Shown here: positions 1 through 11,900 of the stretch, piece by piece | How positions within the stretch are numbered: the first letter of the stretch is position 1 | Layout: the number at the start of each line of letters is the position of its first letter | NCBI GenBank assembly: GCA_043228905.1 | Contig: JBHGNT010000001.1 | Coordinates: forward strand, 1,054,001 to 1,118,000 | Origin: Azolla caroliniana | Lineage: Eukaryota; Plantae; Polypodiophyta | Direction of reading: 5' to 3' | DNA length: 64,000 nucleotides | Notes under the pieces: model-generated | Seen by the model: only the letters and a program-made list of their open reading frames with translations | Told to the model about the DNA's origin: nothing | Databases searched by the model: none | Position numbers and translations under genes: made by a program

Positions 1-330
1 GTTATGATCATGAAGACTCAAAGTAAGGGTAAAGCATGCATTTTGTACGAGAATGAATTGCTCAAAAACAATATGAAGCTTCAAACACCTATAGCTTGAG
101 GTTATACTATACATTTGACAGCACATGCAATGGACGAAAAATAAAATTTGGGTACTCAAGAAGTAACTCTTTACAATCCGATTGTGAAATGGCAAAACCA
201 ACCAGAGACATTCTTGACTAAAACACTCTCGTTCTCTACTTGGCTCCCCTATATCATTCTTACATTCCTTTCATATATTTGGAAATTGACAACTTTTGTG
301 TATCCCTTAAAAGTCCAGTAAGACCATGAA
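1..330 (+). mobile_element. Degenerate non-LTR (LINE) retrotransposon fragment, post-RT region
   Basis: Broken translation VMIMKTQSKGKACILYENELL..SFKHL*LE and ..WVLKK*LF resembles the region following the RT core of LINEs (..SFKYLG..); frameshifts and stops present. Confidence 0.4.
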
Positions 331-336
331 CATATA

Positions 337-890
337 AGAAAAGTCGACAGTATTGGATAGATGGTCCAAGTCAAAGACGAGGCTGACTAGTCGGGCTGAT
401 CGGATAGTCGACATGGAAGTCAGCTAGTCGGGCTGAATGAATAAAAATCGACATAGGAGTCGATTAGTTGGCTGATTAACATAGAGTATTATTATTATTA
501 TTATTATTATTAACAGCCATATTTGTAAATAGCCCATGCTATATATTAGTATATATACACCTAGGGCAAAAACATAAGTGTAGCGCAAAACATAATGATA
601 GAGCGTGAAATTTGAGATAGACGCAAGAGCGCGTGAGTGAGCGGTAATATAGTTGTGAGACTGGACGCCAATAGCCCTACATGGCTGATACACTCCGTAC
701 CGAGAGAGTGTTGTAACCCATTCTTCCTTGTATATCTTTCTCATACTAGTGATTCTTGATTGCCCATGGTTTTCCCTTGTTTAGGGTTTCCACATAAAAT
801 ACTATGTTTTGTGTTTTTCGCTATTTTTTTGTTTTTGTGTTGTCTATTTTTGTTCATCTTTCTCATATATCTACGATCCGATCCTCATCA
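337..890 (+). repeat. 5' LTR of copia element (lacks the first ~105 bp present in the 3' LTR)
   Basis: Aligns with 4240-4860; ends in CA just before the PBS; contains an (ATT)n expansion at ~488-512. Confidence 0.9.
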
Positions 891-893
891 AAC

Positions 894-905
894 TGGTATC
901 AGAGC
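894..905 (+). other. Primer binding site (initiator tRNA-Met)
   Basis: TGGTATCAGAGC 3 nt after the LTR end. Confidence 0.95.
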
Positions 906-917
906 TGAGGTGCAGAA

Positions 918-3900
918 ATGGAAGGAGGTTGGAGCGGCTTCCCAAGGATGATAGTTCTAAATGCACATAACTACTCTAACTGGCATATCAAGATGGAATA
1001 TGTTCTAATAGTCAAGGATTTGTACAAGCCCATAAATAGAGAAGAAATACCCATAGGGGTATTAGAGTTTGAATGGAAACTCCTAAATAGGAAGGCGATG
1101 GCCACCATCAGACAGTGGGTAGATATGAGTGTCCTTCAACATGTGGATAATGACACTAAGGCCTACGAGATGTGGCATAAGTTGTCACAGTTGTACGAGA
1201 GGAAGAATGCCCTCAACAAGACATCTAAATTGATTAGAAAGATAGTAAGGCTAAAGTACAGAGATGGAGAAAGCATAGTGTTGCACATCAACACTTTCAT
1301 GGGGTTAGTAAATCAACTTGTGGCAGCCAAGTTCCCCCTTGATGACGTTATGCAAGCCCTATTGTTGTTGTGTACCCTGCCAGACAACTAAGAAAACCTG
1401 GTGATGACTCTCAACACCTCATGTCAAGAAGAAAACTTGTCTCTACAAGTGTTAAAGACAAGTATTTTGAACGAGAATACATGAAGGAAGGACAATGGTG
1501 TCCTGTCCCAGTCAGAGGCGAATGTGACACAATATGTGAAGATGGGAGATAATGGAGAATGTAGGATAGCTGGCATAGGAAGTGTATGTTTGACAACATC
1601 GACTGGTTGTCGGTTGACCCTGAGGGATGTTCGACACGTCCTTGATATCAGACTGAAGCTGATATCGACTGGAAGAATGGATGATGAAGGCTACAGTGGT
1701 AGTTTTCGAAATGGCAAGTGGAAGTTCTACAAAGGAAGTCTCATAGTAGCTCGAACACAGAAACAGGGCACCTTGTATATGATGCAAGAAAAGTTGTGCA
1801 AGGACGAAGCAAACATGGAAACCGACTCAAGTGGAGAGATATGGCACAAGAGGCTTGGCCACATGAGCGAAAAAGGGATGCATATCCTAGCCAACCAGAA
1901 ACATCTTCCAAAAGTAAAAGGAGTGCATCTAGAGAAAATGTGTTGACTACATAGTCGGGAAGCAAAACGGAGCTACATTTCATTCGAGACCACCAAGGAG
2001 AAGAGAAGTTGCACTGGAACTCGTACACACAGACGTGTGCTATGTGGATGCTCCATTGCATCGTGGTGGACAATACTTTGTAACGTTCATTGATGACTAT
2101 AGTTGAAAGTTGTGGGTTTTTGTACTAAAGTTGAAGGACCAAGTATTGTCAGTTTTCAAGGAGTTCCAGGCTAGAGCCGAGAGAGAATCGGGTCGGAACT
2201 TGACGGTTGTTCAAACCAACAACGATGGAGAGTACAAAGGACAAATCGAGGACTACTGCAAGTCCCAAGGTATTCGACTTGAGTATACAGTGCCTAAGAC
2301 CCCTTAGTTGAATGGACTTGCAGAGAGGATGAACCAGACGATCATGGAAAGAGTGAGGAGCATGTTCTCGCATGCAAAGCTACCGAAATCATATTGGGTT
2401 GAGGCGATGTACATGGTTGTTTATCTTATCAACAGGTTTCCCTTAGTGCCTCTGAAAGGTGATGTCCCACATATGGTGTGGACAAGCAAAGATGTCTCTT
2501 ACCAACACATGAGGGTGTTCGGATGCCTAGTATATATGCATGTAGCTAAGGATCATATGTTGAAGCTCGATGACAAGTCAAAACCATGCATATTCCTAGG
2601 GTGCTCAAAGGATGAATTTGGCTACAAGCTGTGTGACCTTCTCGACGAGAAGGTTGTGAGGAGTCGAGACATAGTGTTTATGGAAGACAAGACAATCAAA
2701 GACTGGAAACAACAACAGTCGGGGTCATCTTCTTAACCGACTCTGAACATTGGATTAGCTGACCCAACACAACCGACTAGGAGAAGGCAACTAGTCAGAA
2801 CAACTAAATCTGAGTCGCTCGACTCTGAGCAATAGACTAATACATATGAGTTGGATTTGACAAAGTTTTGGGAGTTGATTGAGGCATATGAGTCGGAGTC
2901 AGTTGAACTCCAACAACCGACTGACATACATGAATCCGAGCTGAATGAAGAGTAGGTAGAGACATCCAAACTTGAGCCGACTATGGAAGGCAAAAGATAT
3001 CCACTCAAAGAAAGGAGAGCACCCACTCGATACACCAATCAATATGTCCTCTTGACTGATGAAGGTGAGCCAGAGTGCTATGTTGAAGCCATAGCTGATG
3101 AGCACAAAGAGAAATGGCTGGGTGTAATACAACACGAAATGGACTCCTTGTACGAAAAGTATACTTATGACTTGGTGGAGCTACCAAAAGGTAAGAGATC
3201 ACTCAGAAAAAAATGGGTCTACAAGGTGAAGATTGGAGAAGTTGACAACACGCCCATATTTAAAGGCCGCATTATGGTGAAGGGATTTCAACCGAAAACG
3301 AGTGTCAACTTTCATGAGGTATTTGCTCCAGTTGTGAAGATGGCATCCATCCGAATTGTTTTGAGCATACCTGCTAGTATGAATATGGAGATCGAACAGT
3401 TGGATGTCAAAACAACATTCTTGCATGAAGAATTAGACGAAGAGATCTATATGTAGCAACTCGAAGGCTTTGTGGATGGAGAAAGGAAAAGAGAAATTGG
3501 TGTGTCGACCAAAGAAAAGCTTGTATGGTTTGAAACAAGCTCCATTGTTGGAACATGGGTTCCATAAAATACAAGTTGATCACTGTGTGTTTGTAAAAAG
3601 GTATGATGAAGGTGACTTCTTGATTCTCCTATTATATGTGGATGACATGTTAATAGGCAGACAAGACACAAAGAAGATCATGAGCTTAAAGAAACCCCTA
3701 GGCAAATCGTTTGCCATGAAAGATCTTGGACCGGCCAAACAAATATTGGGGATGCATATAGTTCGGGGACATAACTAAGAAAGTGTTATGGTTGTCACAA
3801 GAAAAATATGTGTCAAAGATCATTTCAACATGTCAGAAGCAAAGTTAGTCGGTTATGTGTTGCCAACAAACTACAAGTTGAATGCCAAGCAGTGTCCCAA

Positions 3901-4103
3901 AGGGGAGAAGGAAAAGGACGAGATGATGAAAGTACCATATGTCTCAACCGTCGGCAGTTTAATGTATGCTATGATCTGTATGAGGCTAGACATAACATTT
4001 GTTGTGGGAGTAGTAAGCCAATATATGTAATCCAGGAAGAGAACAATAGGCAGTTGTAAAATGGATACTCAAGTACTTGAAAGGCACCTCAAGGGTATGC
4101 TTG
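918..4103 (+). pseudogene. Disrupted copia gag-pol polyprotein
   Basis: ORF fragments 918-1391 (gag), 1524-1946, 2110-2736 (integrase), 2983-4030 (RT); zinc knuckle/protease core and RNase H are missing. Confidence 0.93.
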
Positions 4104-4115
4104 ACTCCTCCTTAT

Positions 4116-4131
4116 AAGAGTGAAGGGGGAG
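4116..4131 (+). other. Polypurine tract of copia element
   Basis: AAGAGTGAAGGGGGAG 2 nt before the 3' LTR. Confidence 0.9.
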
Positions 4132-4133
4132 TT

Positions 4134-4860
4134 TATTAGGAAAATGTCCCTCTTATGGGATAAGTCAACAGTCGAAGACGAGGAAGAAGTTGGTAATTCG
4201 GATCGACAAGCAGAACACAGGATGACCGGATAGTTGACTAGGAGAGTCGACAACATTGGATAGATGGTCTAAGTCAAAGACGAGGCCGACTAGTTAGGTT
4301 GACCGGATAGTTGACAACAATGGAATTGACTAGTCGGATCGACTGGATAGCCAACATGGGAGTCAGCTAGTTGGGCCAAATGGAAAACCGACATGGGAGT
4401 CGACTAGTCGGGCCGAATGAATAAAAATCGACATAGGAGTCGATTAGTCGGCTAATTAATAGAGAGTATTTTATTCTTATTATTAACAACCATATATGTA
4501 AATAGCTCATACTGTGTATTAGTATATAGACACCTAGGGCAAAAACATAAGCGTGGCGTAGAACATAACGATTGTGCGTGAAAGCTAAGATAGACGTGAG
4601 AGCGCATGAGTGAGCGGCGATATAGTTGTGTGACACTGTCTGTGTGGCTAATACACTCTGTACCGAGAGAATGTTGTAACCCATTCTTCCTTGTATATCT
4701 TTGTCATATTAATGATTCTCTATTGCTCGTGGTTTTCTCTTGTTTAGGGTTTCCACGTAAAATACTGTGTACTGTGCTTTGTGTTTTTTGCCATTTTTAT
4801 GTTTTCACACTGTTTATTTCTATTCATATTTCTCATAGATCTACGATCCAATCCTCATCA
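4134..4860 (+). repeat. 3' LTR of copia element
   Basis: Starts TATTAGG (probably mutated TG), ends CATCA; homologous to 337-890. Confidence 0.9.
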
Positions 4861-5790
4861 CATAGTTCATCATCAACTAAACATCACTCAAATGAAATGA
4901 AAAATATGTGCTTATAGAGCCCGAAGAAGTTCAAGTTCAAGGAATTGTTGTTTCATCCATGCATGAGGCTTGCTACAAGCATTGTAATTTGCAATTCATT
5001 TGTAGAAACCTTTTCAATGGTAGATACAAGAGAAGATGGAACATCGTGGGATATGTTTGTCTTGGTAGAGTCACTTTAAGAAGTATGGAGCCAAATACAA
5101 AGGAAGTTAAAACATATAATCATGGGGGTGATGACCCTTGTTTGGGAGGAATACAAAGTTTTCCCTCTTTGTCCTCATTCACAATGTCAAATTGATGTAC
5201 TATTAACATTTTTGTTTAACATATTTTAAGAAGTGGACAAAATCTGACAAAACATGTAGACTTTTTACAAAACATTTGTGCCATTTTCTCGTGAGTTTCC
5301 ATTATTCATGTATGACAAAGGAACCTCAACCTAATTACTAAACACTTCAAGGTTACATGATAATAATCGTTGTTTGACCCTCAACTTTACAATGGCATAA
5401 ATTATTCCCTTCAAGAGAAAAACGTTGCAATGACATACCTCCAATTGCCTAAAATCATCGCTCCCTTATGTATTCCCAAAAACAACAATATGATATTATA
5501 TCATAGATTGCTTGAACATAAACATGAGTTCTGTGGACCCAACCTTTTATAGACCCCACCTTAGATGATAACCAATGCCAAACCACACCATCGAAAAGAG
5601 ATGTACAATGCATGCAAACATTTTCTAAGAGATTCATAAGCATTTGTGCACATTCCAAAGTATTTGCTAAAAATAACATGCCATTGGCATACAACAACAA
5701 CATGATAATGCGTCCTCGTCTTACAAACTCGCAAATCATTTGTTCCAATTTATGAATAAATGAGCCGACGAGACAAGGTGAAAGTGGGAA
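4861..5790 (-). mobile_element. Degenerate LINE reverse-transcriptase remnant
   Basis: ORF 5455-5841(-) contains PLSPCLVGSFIHKLEQMI...MLLLYANGMLFLANTLECAQMLMNLLENVC, matching the non-LTR RT PLSPxLF and LLYADD motifs in decayed form; left boundary uncertain. Confidence 0.65.
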
Positions 5791-5998
5791 TAGCGGAGAA
5801 AACAAAAACTTGAGGGTTCTTGGAGCCGAGAAAGAGAGCAACAGCTATGGAGATAACGAAAGGGCATTCAGGGAAATAACCAAAACACAGGGGCATTACA
5901 GGAAATATAGAAAAGCCCAAGCAACGTACGAGGGTTTTTCATTCTCCCTCCCTGTCGCTCTTCCGGCTTTCGTCGTCGGCTTCTTCTTCCGAGGATCC

Positions 5999-8900
5999 AT
6001 GGAGGTTCACCTGGCGGGAAGCGACCATGTGAAGTGGACACAAGTTAGGGTGCCATCGCTATCTGCTTCTCTTCCTCCACCTCCTCATTATCGTAATGGC
6101 GACGATGGTTACTATGATGGTGATGGTAATCATCAGCAGAATGTTCTCTTTTCCCCTTCTACAGATCTGGCCGGTACCTGTTCCTTGGGCTCTCCTTCCT
6201 TCCGCCATATTCTCTGGTGAGCTCATTACTTCTTCTTCCCTTTCTCGTTCTAAGTTCTACTTCTTTCTCACACTCTCCTGCATTCTGAAAAAATTGTATT
6301 TTTATGTTATGTCCCGGTTTTGATGCATTTTGAATGATGTTATGAATTTTCTTTTCTCATGCTTTTCTGGCATTCTTCTGCGTTTTGGCATTGTAGAATA
6401 TGGTATGCAAACTCATTTTTTCTCACAATTTTTGAATAGCTGAAATGGAATTGTATGTCTGTATTCATCCACAATCTTTATTCTTTCATCATTTCTCTTT
6501 GTAGTGAGATATGCTAGGATAGCTCAGGATCTCTTCTTATCAGTTAGAAATTGAGATTATCATATATTGGCGCAAATATATGGAAGAATGGGTTGTCAAT
6601 TGTGCCGTTGGATGTGGAGTCAGAGGAACATTATATTTGACATTGTGATGTTTTATATGAAATGAGAACGTGATATACCATTGCCTGTTCAAACAAGGCT
6701 TTGGCACACTCCCATAAGGTAATGGAAGATGAAAACAACCGTTGCTTGGGGTTGTTCTTGCTAGAAATGAAGAGACTCAGAGCAAAGTTGTTGAAGGAAG
6801 ACAATAAAACCAAGAAATCTCGTCAGCAAAGAACTATTGCAAGTTTCTTTAGTTCCACCACTCCTCATGCTACAAGTCACTCAAGGATGACAACCATTTG
6901 AAAGGTTTTTAATATATCAGACAGTAAGATGTTATTGTGCACGAAGGACAAATTCATGTAGACCATGAACTTGTCACTCTTGATATTGACAAATTAAGGC
7001 CATCATCAAATCAATCCATGCGGGAGATATTTCAAAGGAAGAAATATAAGGCCATCTAAATGTAGGATGTTAAGTGTAAGCCAATTTATTAGTTCTGTTA
7101 TATTTATTATGGACAGAATTTTTAGGTATAATTTCTCATGAAATCTCATTTTTAGATATACTATCTCATTTAGTTTCAGGATACTAAATGATCTTGGATT
7201 TTTGGATGATCATTCACAGGAGAATTCACAAGTCATCTCCTTCTTCTCTCGAACTTTTTGAGCTTGATGACTGTGAAGCACAGATTGCAGGCTTGCGCCT
7301 TTCCTTTGAAGAGCCTCTCTCTCCTTTCATTTCAGTCTACCTTGAACAGGTGAGTTCAGCTTATCTACAATAGAAGTAGCCATGATTAAAGTTGTTTGCT
7401 TTTTGAACTTCGTAAACTTTGTAAAAAAATAAACGTGAAGTAGAGTATATTGAGAAGTCATAATTCTTTCCTTTAGTATGGAGATCTTGGACTGTATTAA
7501 ATGATTGGTAATAATTAACTGCAAGAAGTATCTATGGTTATAAAGTTATTCTTCATTTGAGTATGCTAAGCTCATATGAAAACTGAATGTACAGAGAAGT
7601 CATAATTCTTTTCTGAAGCTTGGAAAACTTGGACAGTATTAAATGATTACACTAGTAATTAGTAAGTTGGGATACACAACTGCAAGATGTGGCTTTAGCT
7701 AAAGTTACTAGTGTATGAGTGTATTGAGAAGTCATAATTCTTTCCTTTAGTATGGAGATCTTGGACTGTATTAAATGATTGGTAATAATTAACTGCAAGA
7801 AGTATCTTTGGTTTTAAAGTTATTCTTCATTTGAGTATGCTAAGCTCATATGAAACTGAATGTACAGAGAAGTCATAATTCTTTTCTGAAGCTTGGAAAG
7901 CTTGGACAGTATTAAATGATTACACTAGTAATTAGTAAGTTGGGATACACAACTGCAAGTTGTGGCTTTAGCTAAAGTTAAGCAAGAAAATTAAAGTGAA
8001 TCAGACTGCATAGGTAAGTATTAAGCTTGGCATAACAATAGAAAGAAATGGTTATGGTCAAAGTAAAACATTCTTGAGCTCGGCAAAAGCCATTTTTTTA
8101 AAAATCAACCAAATTGCTTAGATAATTTGTACTTCTGATTTCTAACTGAGAAAGATTCCCTCCTGTTAGAGTCTAACTAATTAGTAAGCAAAATAGAAGG
8201 AAACATAGGCCAAAGAAAGGAAAGGGGGGTGCTAGACCACCCGACCACCTCCTAGTGATGGCATGAGACAGACCCAAACCTCCTCGATGTCCTATATCAA
8301 TTGTTGAAGCAAGTTGTACCTTGGATTCTGCGAAGAGCACATGTGCTTAGCTAACAAGAGCCACAGTCACATTGATGCAGTCTCAACATAAGTCAAGCCT
8401 CCCTTGATAAGAAGGTACATAGCCTTTTGTTTTTGTAGGCAGAAACCCAAGGCCTTGGTATGTTCACACACTTGACTACTTCATGTGAAGTAGTCAAGTG
8501 ATAACACACTTAATAGTTATCTCATGATCATTTATGGTTATGCACATAACACCTCCCAATTAAGAAAATAAAAGTGTCATAATATGGAAAAGGCAAGAAG
8601 CAAGGTAGGTTGGCTATGAGCTGTACTTGTAAGAATGAGCAAAAAAATTTACATGGCACTTTTTTGAATATGTTGCCTTTTGAGGAGACAGGTGCCTGTC
8701 ATAGACATATGATAGTTTCCAAGTGAGCCTTTAACATGCCAATTTAGAAAATCCATGTGATAAGGCAGGTGAATGTCCTGCCAGGTTGGCAGCCCAGGTC
8801 AGGGAGAACTTGGGTAGCCTGCATTACTTGTTTGGGTTAAAGCCCTATGTGCTTATTATCTTGTGCCACCTGTTTTGTAATAATGATGGCAGCCTAGACA

Positions 8901-11900
8901 ACTCACTTATTTTTTATGTTAGAATGGTGCCCTGCCTTATGAAGGGATCATTTCTTGGAGACCCTGTGGAGAGTTACGAACTTTACCCTAACTTTGTGTC
9001 TGTTTTTTAGACTTTACGAAATTGGAGGGTTAAGTCCAAGAAGAAGGATAGCACCCAAGACAATGTGGAGTAGGTCAATCTGGCCTTTAAGCTCATTGTA
9101 AGGGAAATGATCGATATAGCAATAGACATTGCTGATATTACAATATCAAACACAAACCCTTTTGGATGGACTACTCATGGTACAAGACTCTCTCATGCAG
9201 GCCTTGATCACTAATTCTAGTGCCGTGGTCGGCTGCACTCCAAGTATTGTTTCCTCTTATTTCATGCTAGTAATGTTGGGAAATTCTATTTGAGAGACAA
9301 CCACACTAGCAACATTGAGGAACTTGGCACAATAAGATTGGCGAAGAACTAACATTGAAGCAGGATTGTTTTTTGTTCCAAGAGTCAAGAAGAACTTGTT
9401 TGCAGGTTATCTTGATTTGCAATGCTACTCGATGGCCGTCACAGATGAATCATGATAAATTGTACGTGCGATGAGGCTCATTGCACATGGAAACAAGAGA
9501 GGAACACTCTATTGCCTTTCTAGACGGACTCTTCTAGATAGATTCATTGTTCTTGCCAAATCTAAGGATGTAATCAAATTATGGCACAAAAAGTGAGGCC
9601 ATGTGAGCCAAAAGGGCTTCAATATCCTAACTTCTTTCCATGAGCTGGTGGTCAAGGGCACTGAGCTTGACTTTTGGTACTTTTATGGCAAATCTTCCCA
9701 TCACATTTGTGCCTATGACCATCCTCACATCTTTGCCTGTGAACCATTTGTTCAAATCGAACAATATCTGAGGAGCAAGATGGCTGCTAGATCAATGAAG
9801 GGTATCTTCCTTGGATACAGTGAGAAAGCTGAGATGTTATATTGATTTTGGTTCTCTGGTTTAAAGAAGTGGTCAGAAGTGGAGATATCGTATTTAATGA
9901 GGGAAAGTTGCTATGAAATGTGGATGTTTCAAAACCAAAGAAAAAGGTTAAGTTTCAGCAAGAGTAGCCAGCTATTGACTTAGAAATGGCACCTCATGCA
10001 GATAGAGAACAGTTGAAGTCTACAACGGAGTCACTTGTCAGAAGTTGGACAACACATTGCATACCTAGACTGAAGAGAATCAACAACCTGAACATGGTAA
10101 TACGCTTGCTGGGCAGCAACAATGCAAGGGCCCATCCGATCTAGCACTGATTCCAGACACTATAGATCAGAGGGATTGAGTGATAAGTAAAACCCAAGTG
10201 TTTGATGTAGTGGTACTTTCCATCTCTCCATCGGGTTCTCACAGACAAGGGAGAACCTCTCACTCTCAAAGAACTTGGACATGTGAACTTTCAAATATGT
10301 GGGAGCTTGTTATGCAAAATGAAATCAAACCAGTCCATGTAAACAACACTCAGGATCTTGTGGAACTGTCAAAAGGTAGGAAGACCATACCCAATAGGTG
10401 GGTATATAAAGTAAAAACTTTTGATTGTCAACCCAAGTATAAGGCCCAATTAGTAGTCAAAGGGTGTACACAAACTGAGCGAGTCAACCCCAAGAAGATA
10501 CTGTAGAAGAAAAGGATGGGATGGGAGCACCCTGAGTAGTGTCCAAAGAATGCAAAAGGCACCCAAAATGCATGCCATTAGATGCACTTGGTGAGCATTG
10601 TAGTAATGGGCAGGCAGGTAAGTTGTATTGTTTTGATTCTCTGTCTCCAAATTGGATTAATTTTTGTTCAAGAGAAATCTGTTCTTTCAGACTTTGGATG
10701 TGCTCAACAAATTCTAATTTTCAAATACTTCAAATGATATGTATCTCCTGAACTGCACTTTTTCTCACATGGGTTTTCTATCTGCGGTTCATAAGTTAAA
10801 TATAGTAATCAGATGACGTCTTAAGTTTGTACCCCTTGCTTGCAAAGTTACATCAGTGACTTATGTGAGTTTTAACTTGCAGATATTGAAGATCAGGCTA
10901 TGTTTATTAATCAATCAATAAGTCTCTGTTGCAAATGCTGCTAAAATATCATTCAAACAGATGTGTATAAATTTTTAACAAGCTACTAGCTTTTTTCTTC
11001 TCTAGATTTATGATCTGAGTTGTGCTTTTTCTCCTTTTCCAGGTTCATTCTGGTTACGAGGAAGAAAGATTGTGTGCGTGTGTTATCACAATTTCAGGGG
11101 CTGTATATGTACTTAAGATCAAGACATTTTACAAATACAGAAATATGTCATCCTTTGCAAGGTCTGAGATGGTTCAGTTTTCTCTTGCTGGTGATTTGGC
11201 ACAACTTGATCAGGTTACCTCCTTTGCTGCACTAGGAGGTAGCATTTGTGTTGGTGGGAAAAGTGGTTCTGTTCTGTGTTACTGTTCAGAGCGAGTTTCT
11301 GGATCTTCTCAGGGTACTACAAATACACTATTCTGTTAGGTGAGTTTGTTTTAATACAAGGAGTTGGACATGATTATTATAGTCTTTGTAGATTACAGTT
11401 TTGAGTTGAAAGATTCCGAACCTCTGCTTGGGCGGCTATGGGGATTTGTGGGAAGGTATCACATTGTTCAAATTTATTTGACCATCAAACCCTAGGTCAA
11501 GTTCATTAATTCTTGATTTTGTAGAGTGAAGAATTCTGCGCCCCTACGAAGCTTAAATATGCAGAAGCATAAAGAGAGGTTAATGCTATTTGCTTTACAT
11601 GAGGATGGAACATTTAAATTGTGGGACCTTTCTGATCGTTCCCGTCTACTAAGCTTCAATTTGCAGAAGGACCTTATGGGTATGCTTTCACCCTTGGTAT
11701 TTGGTTTCCTTGGTTTCAAATTTCATATAAAAACCTATCGATTATTATCATTTTATGTAAATTAAGTTAACAGTACTAACCATCACCACACATTATTTCT
11801 GTGAAGAGGGCAGGCACAGAAGCCTCTGACTGTGGATGTGTCCTGTAGTGAGCTCAGATGTGACTCTTATCTACATCTTATGATAACAATAAAGCTTCCG

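Larger units (their letters stand above)
337..4860 (+). mobile_element. Ty1/copia LTR retrotransposon, degenerate, internally deleted, 5' LTR truncated
   Basis: Two LTR copies ending ...ATCCTCATCA (890, 4860), tRNA-Met PBS, PPT, and gag > GAG-pre-integrase (WHKRLGHMS) > integrase (NGLAERMNQT) > RT (QLDVKTTFL, LLYVDDML) order; many stops and frameshifts. Confidence 0.97.

Noticed and set aside
4284-4455. CRISPR-like palindromic repeat array
   Set aside because: Eukaryotic LTR subrepeats; the intervening sequences are related to one another and there are no cas genes
10507-10617. Cryptic exon ending in a perfect CAG|GTAAGT donor next to the copia remnant
   Set aside because: Weak acceptor context, in-frame stop, and no transcript evidence available
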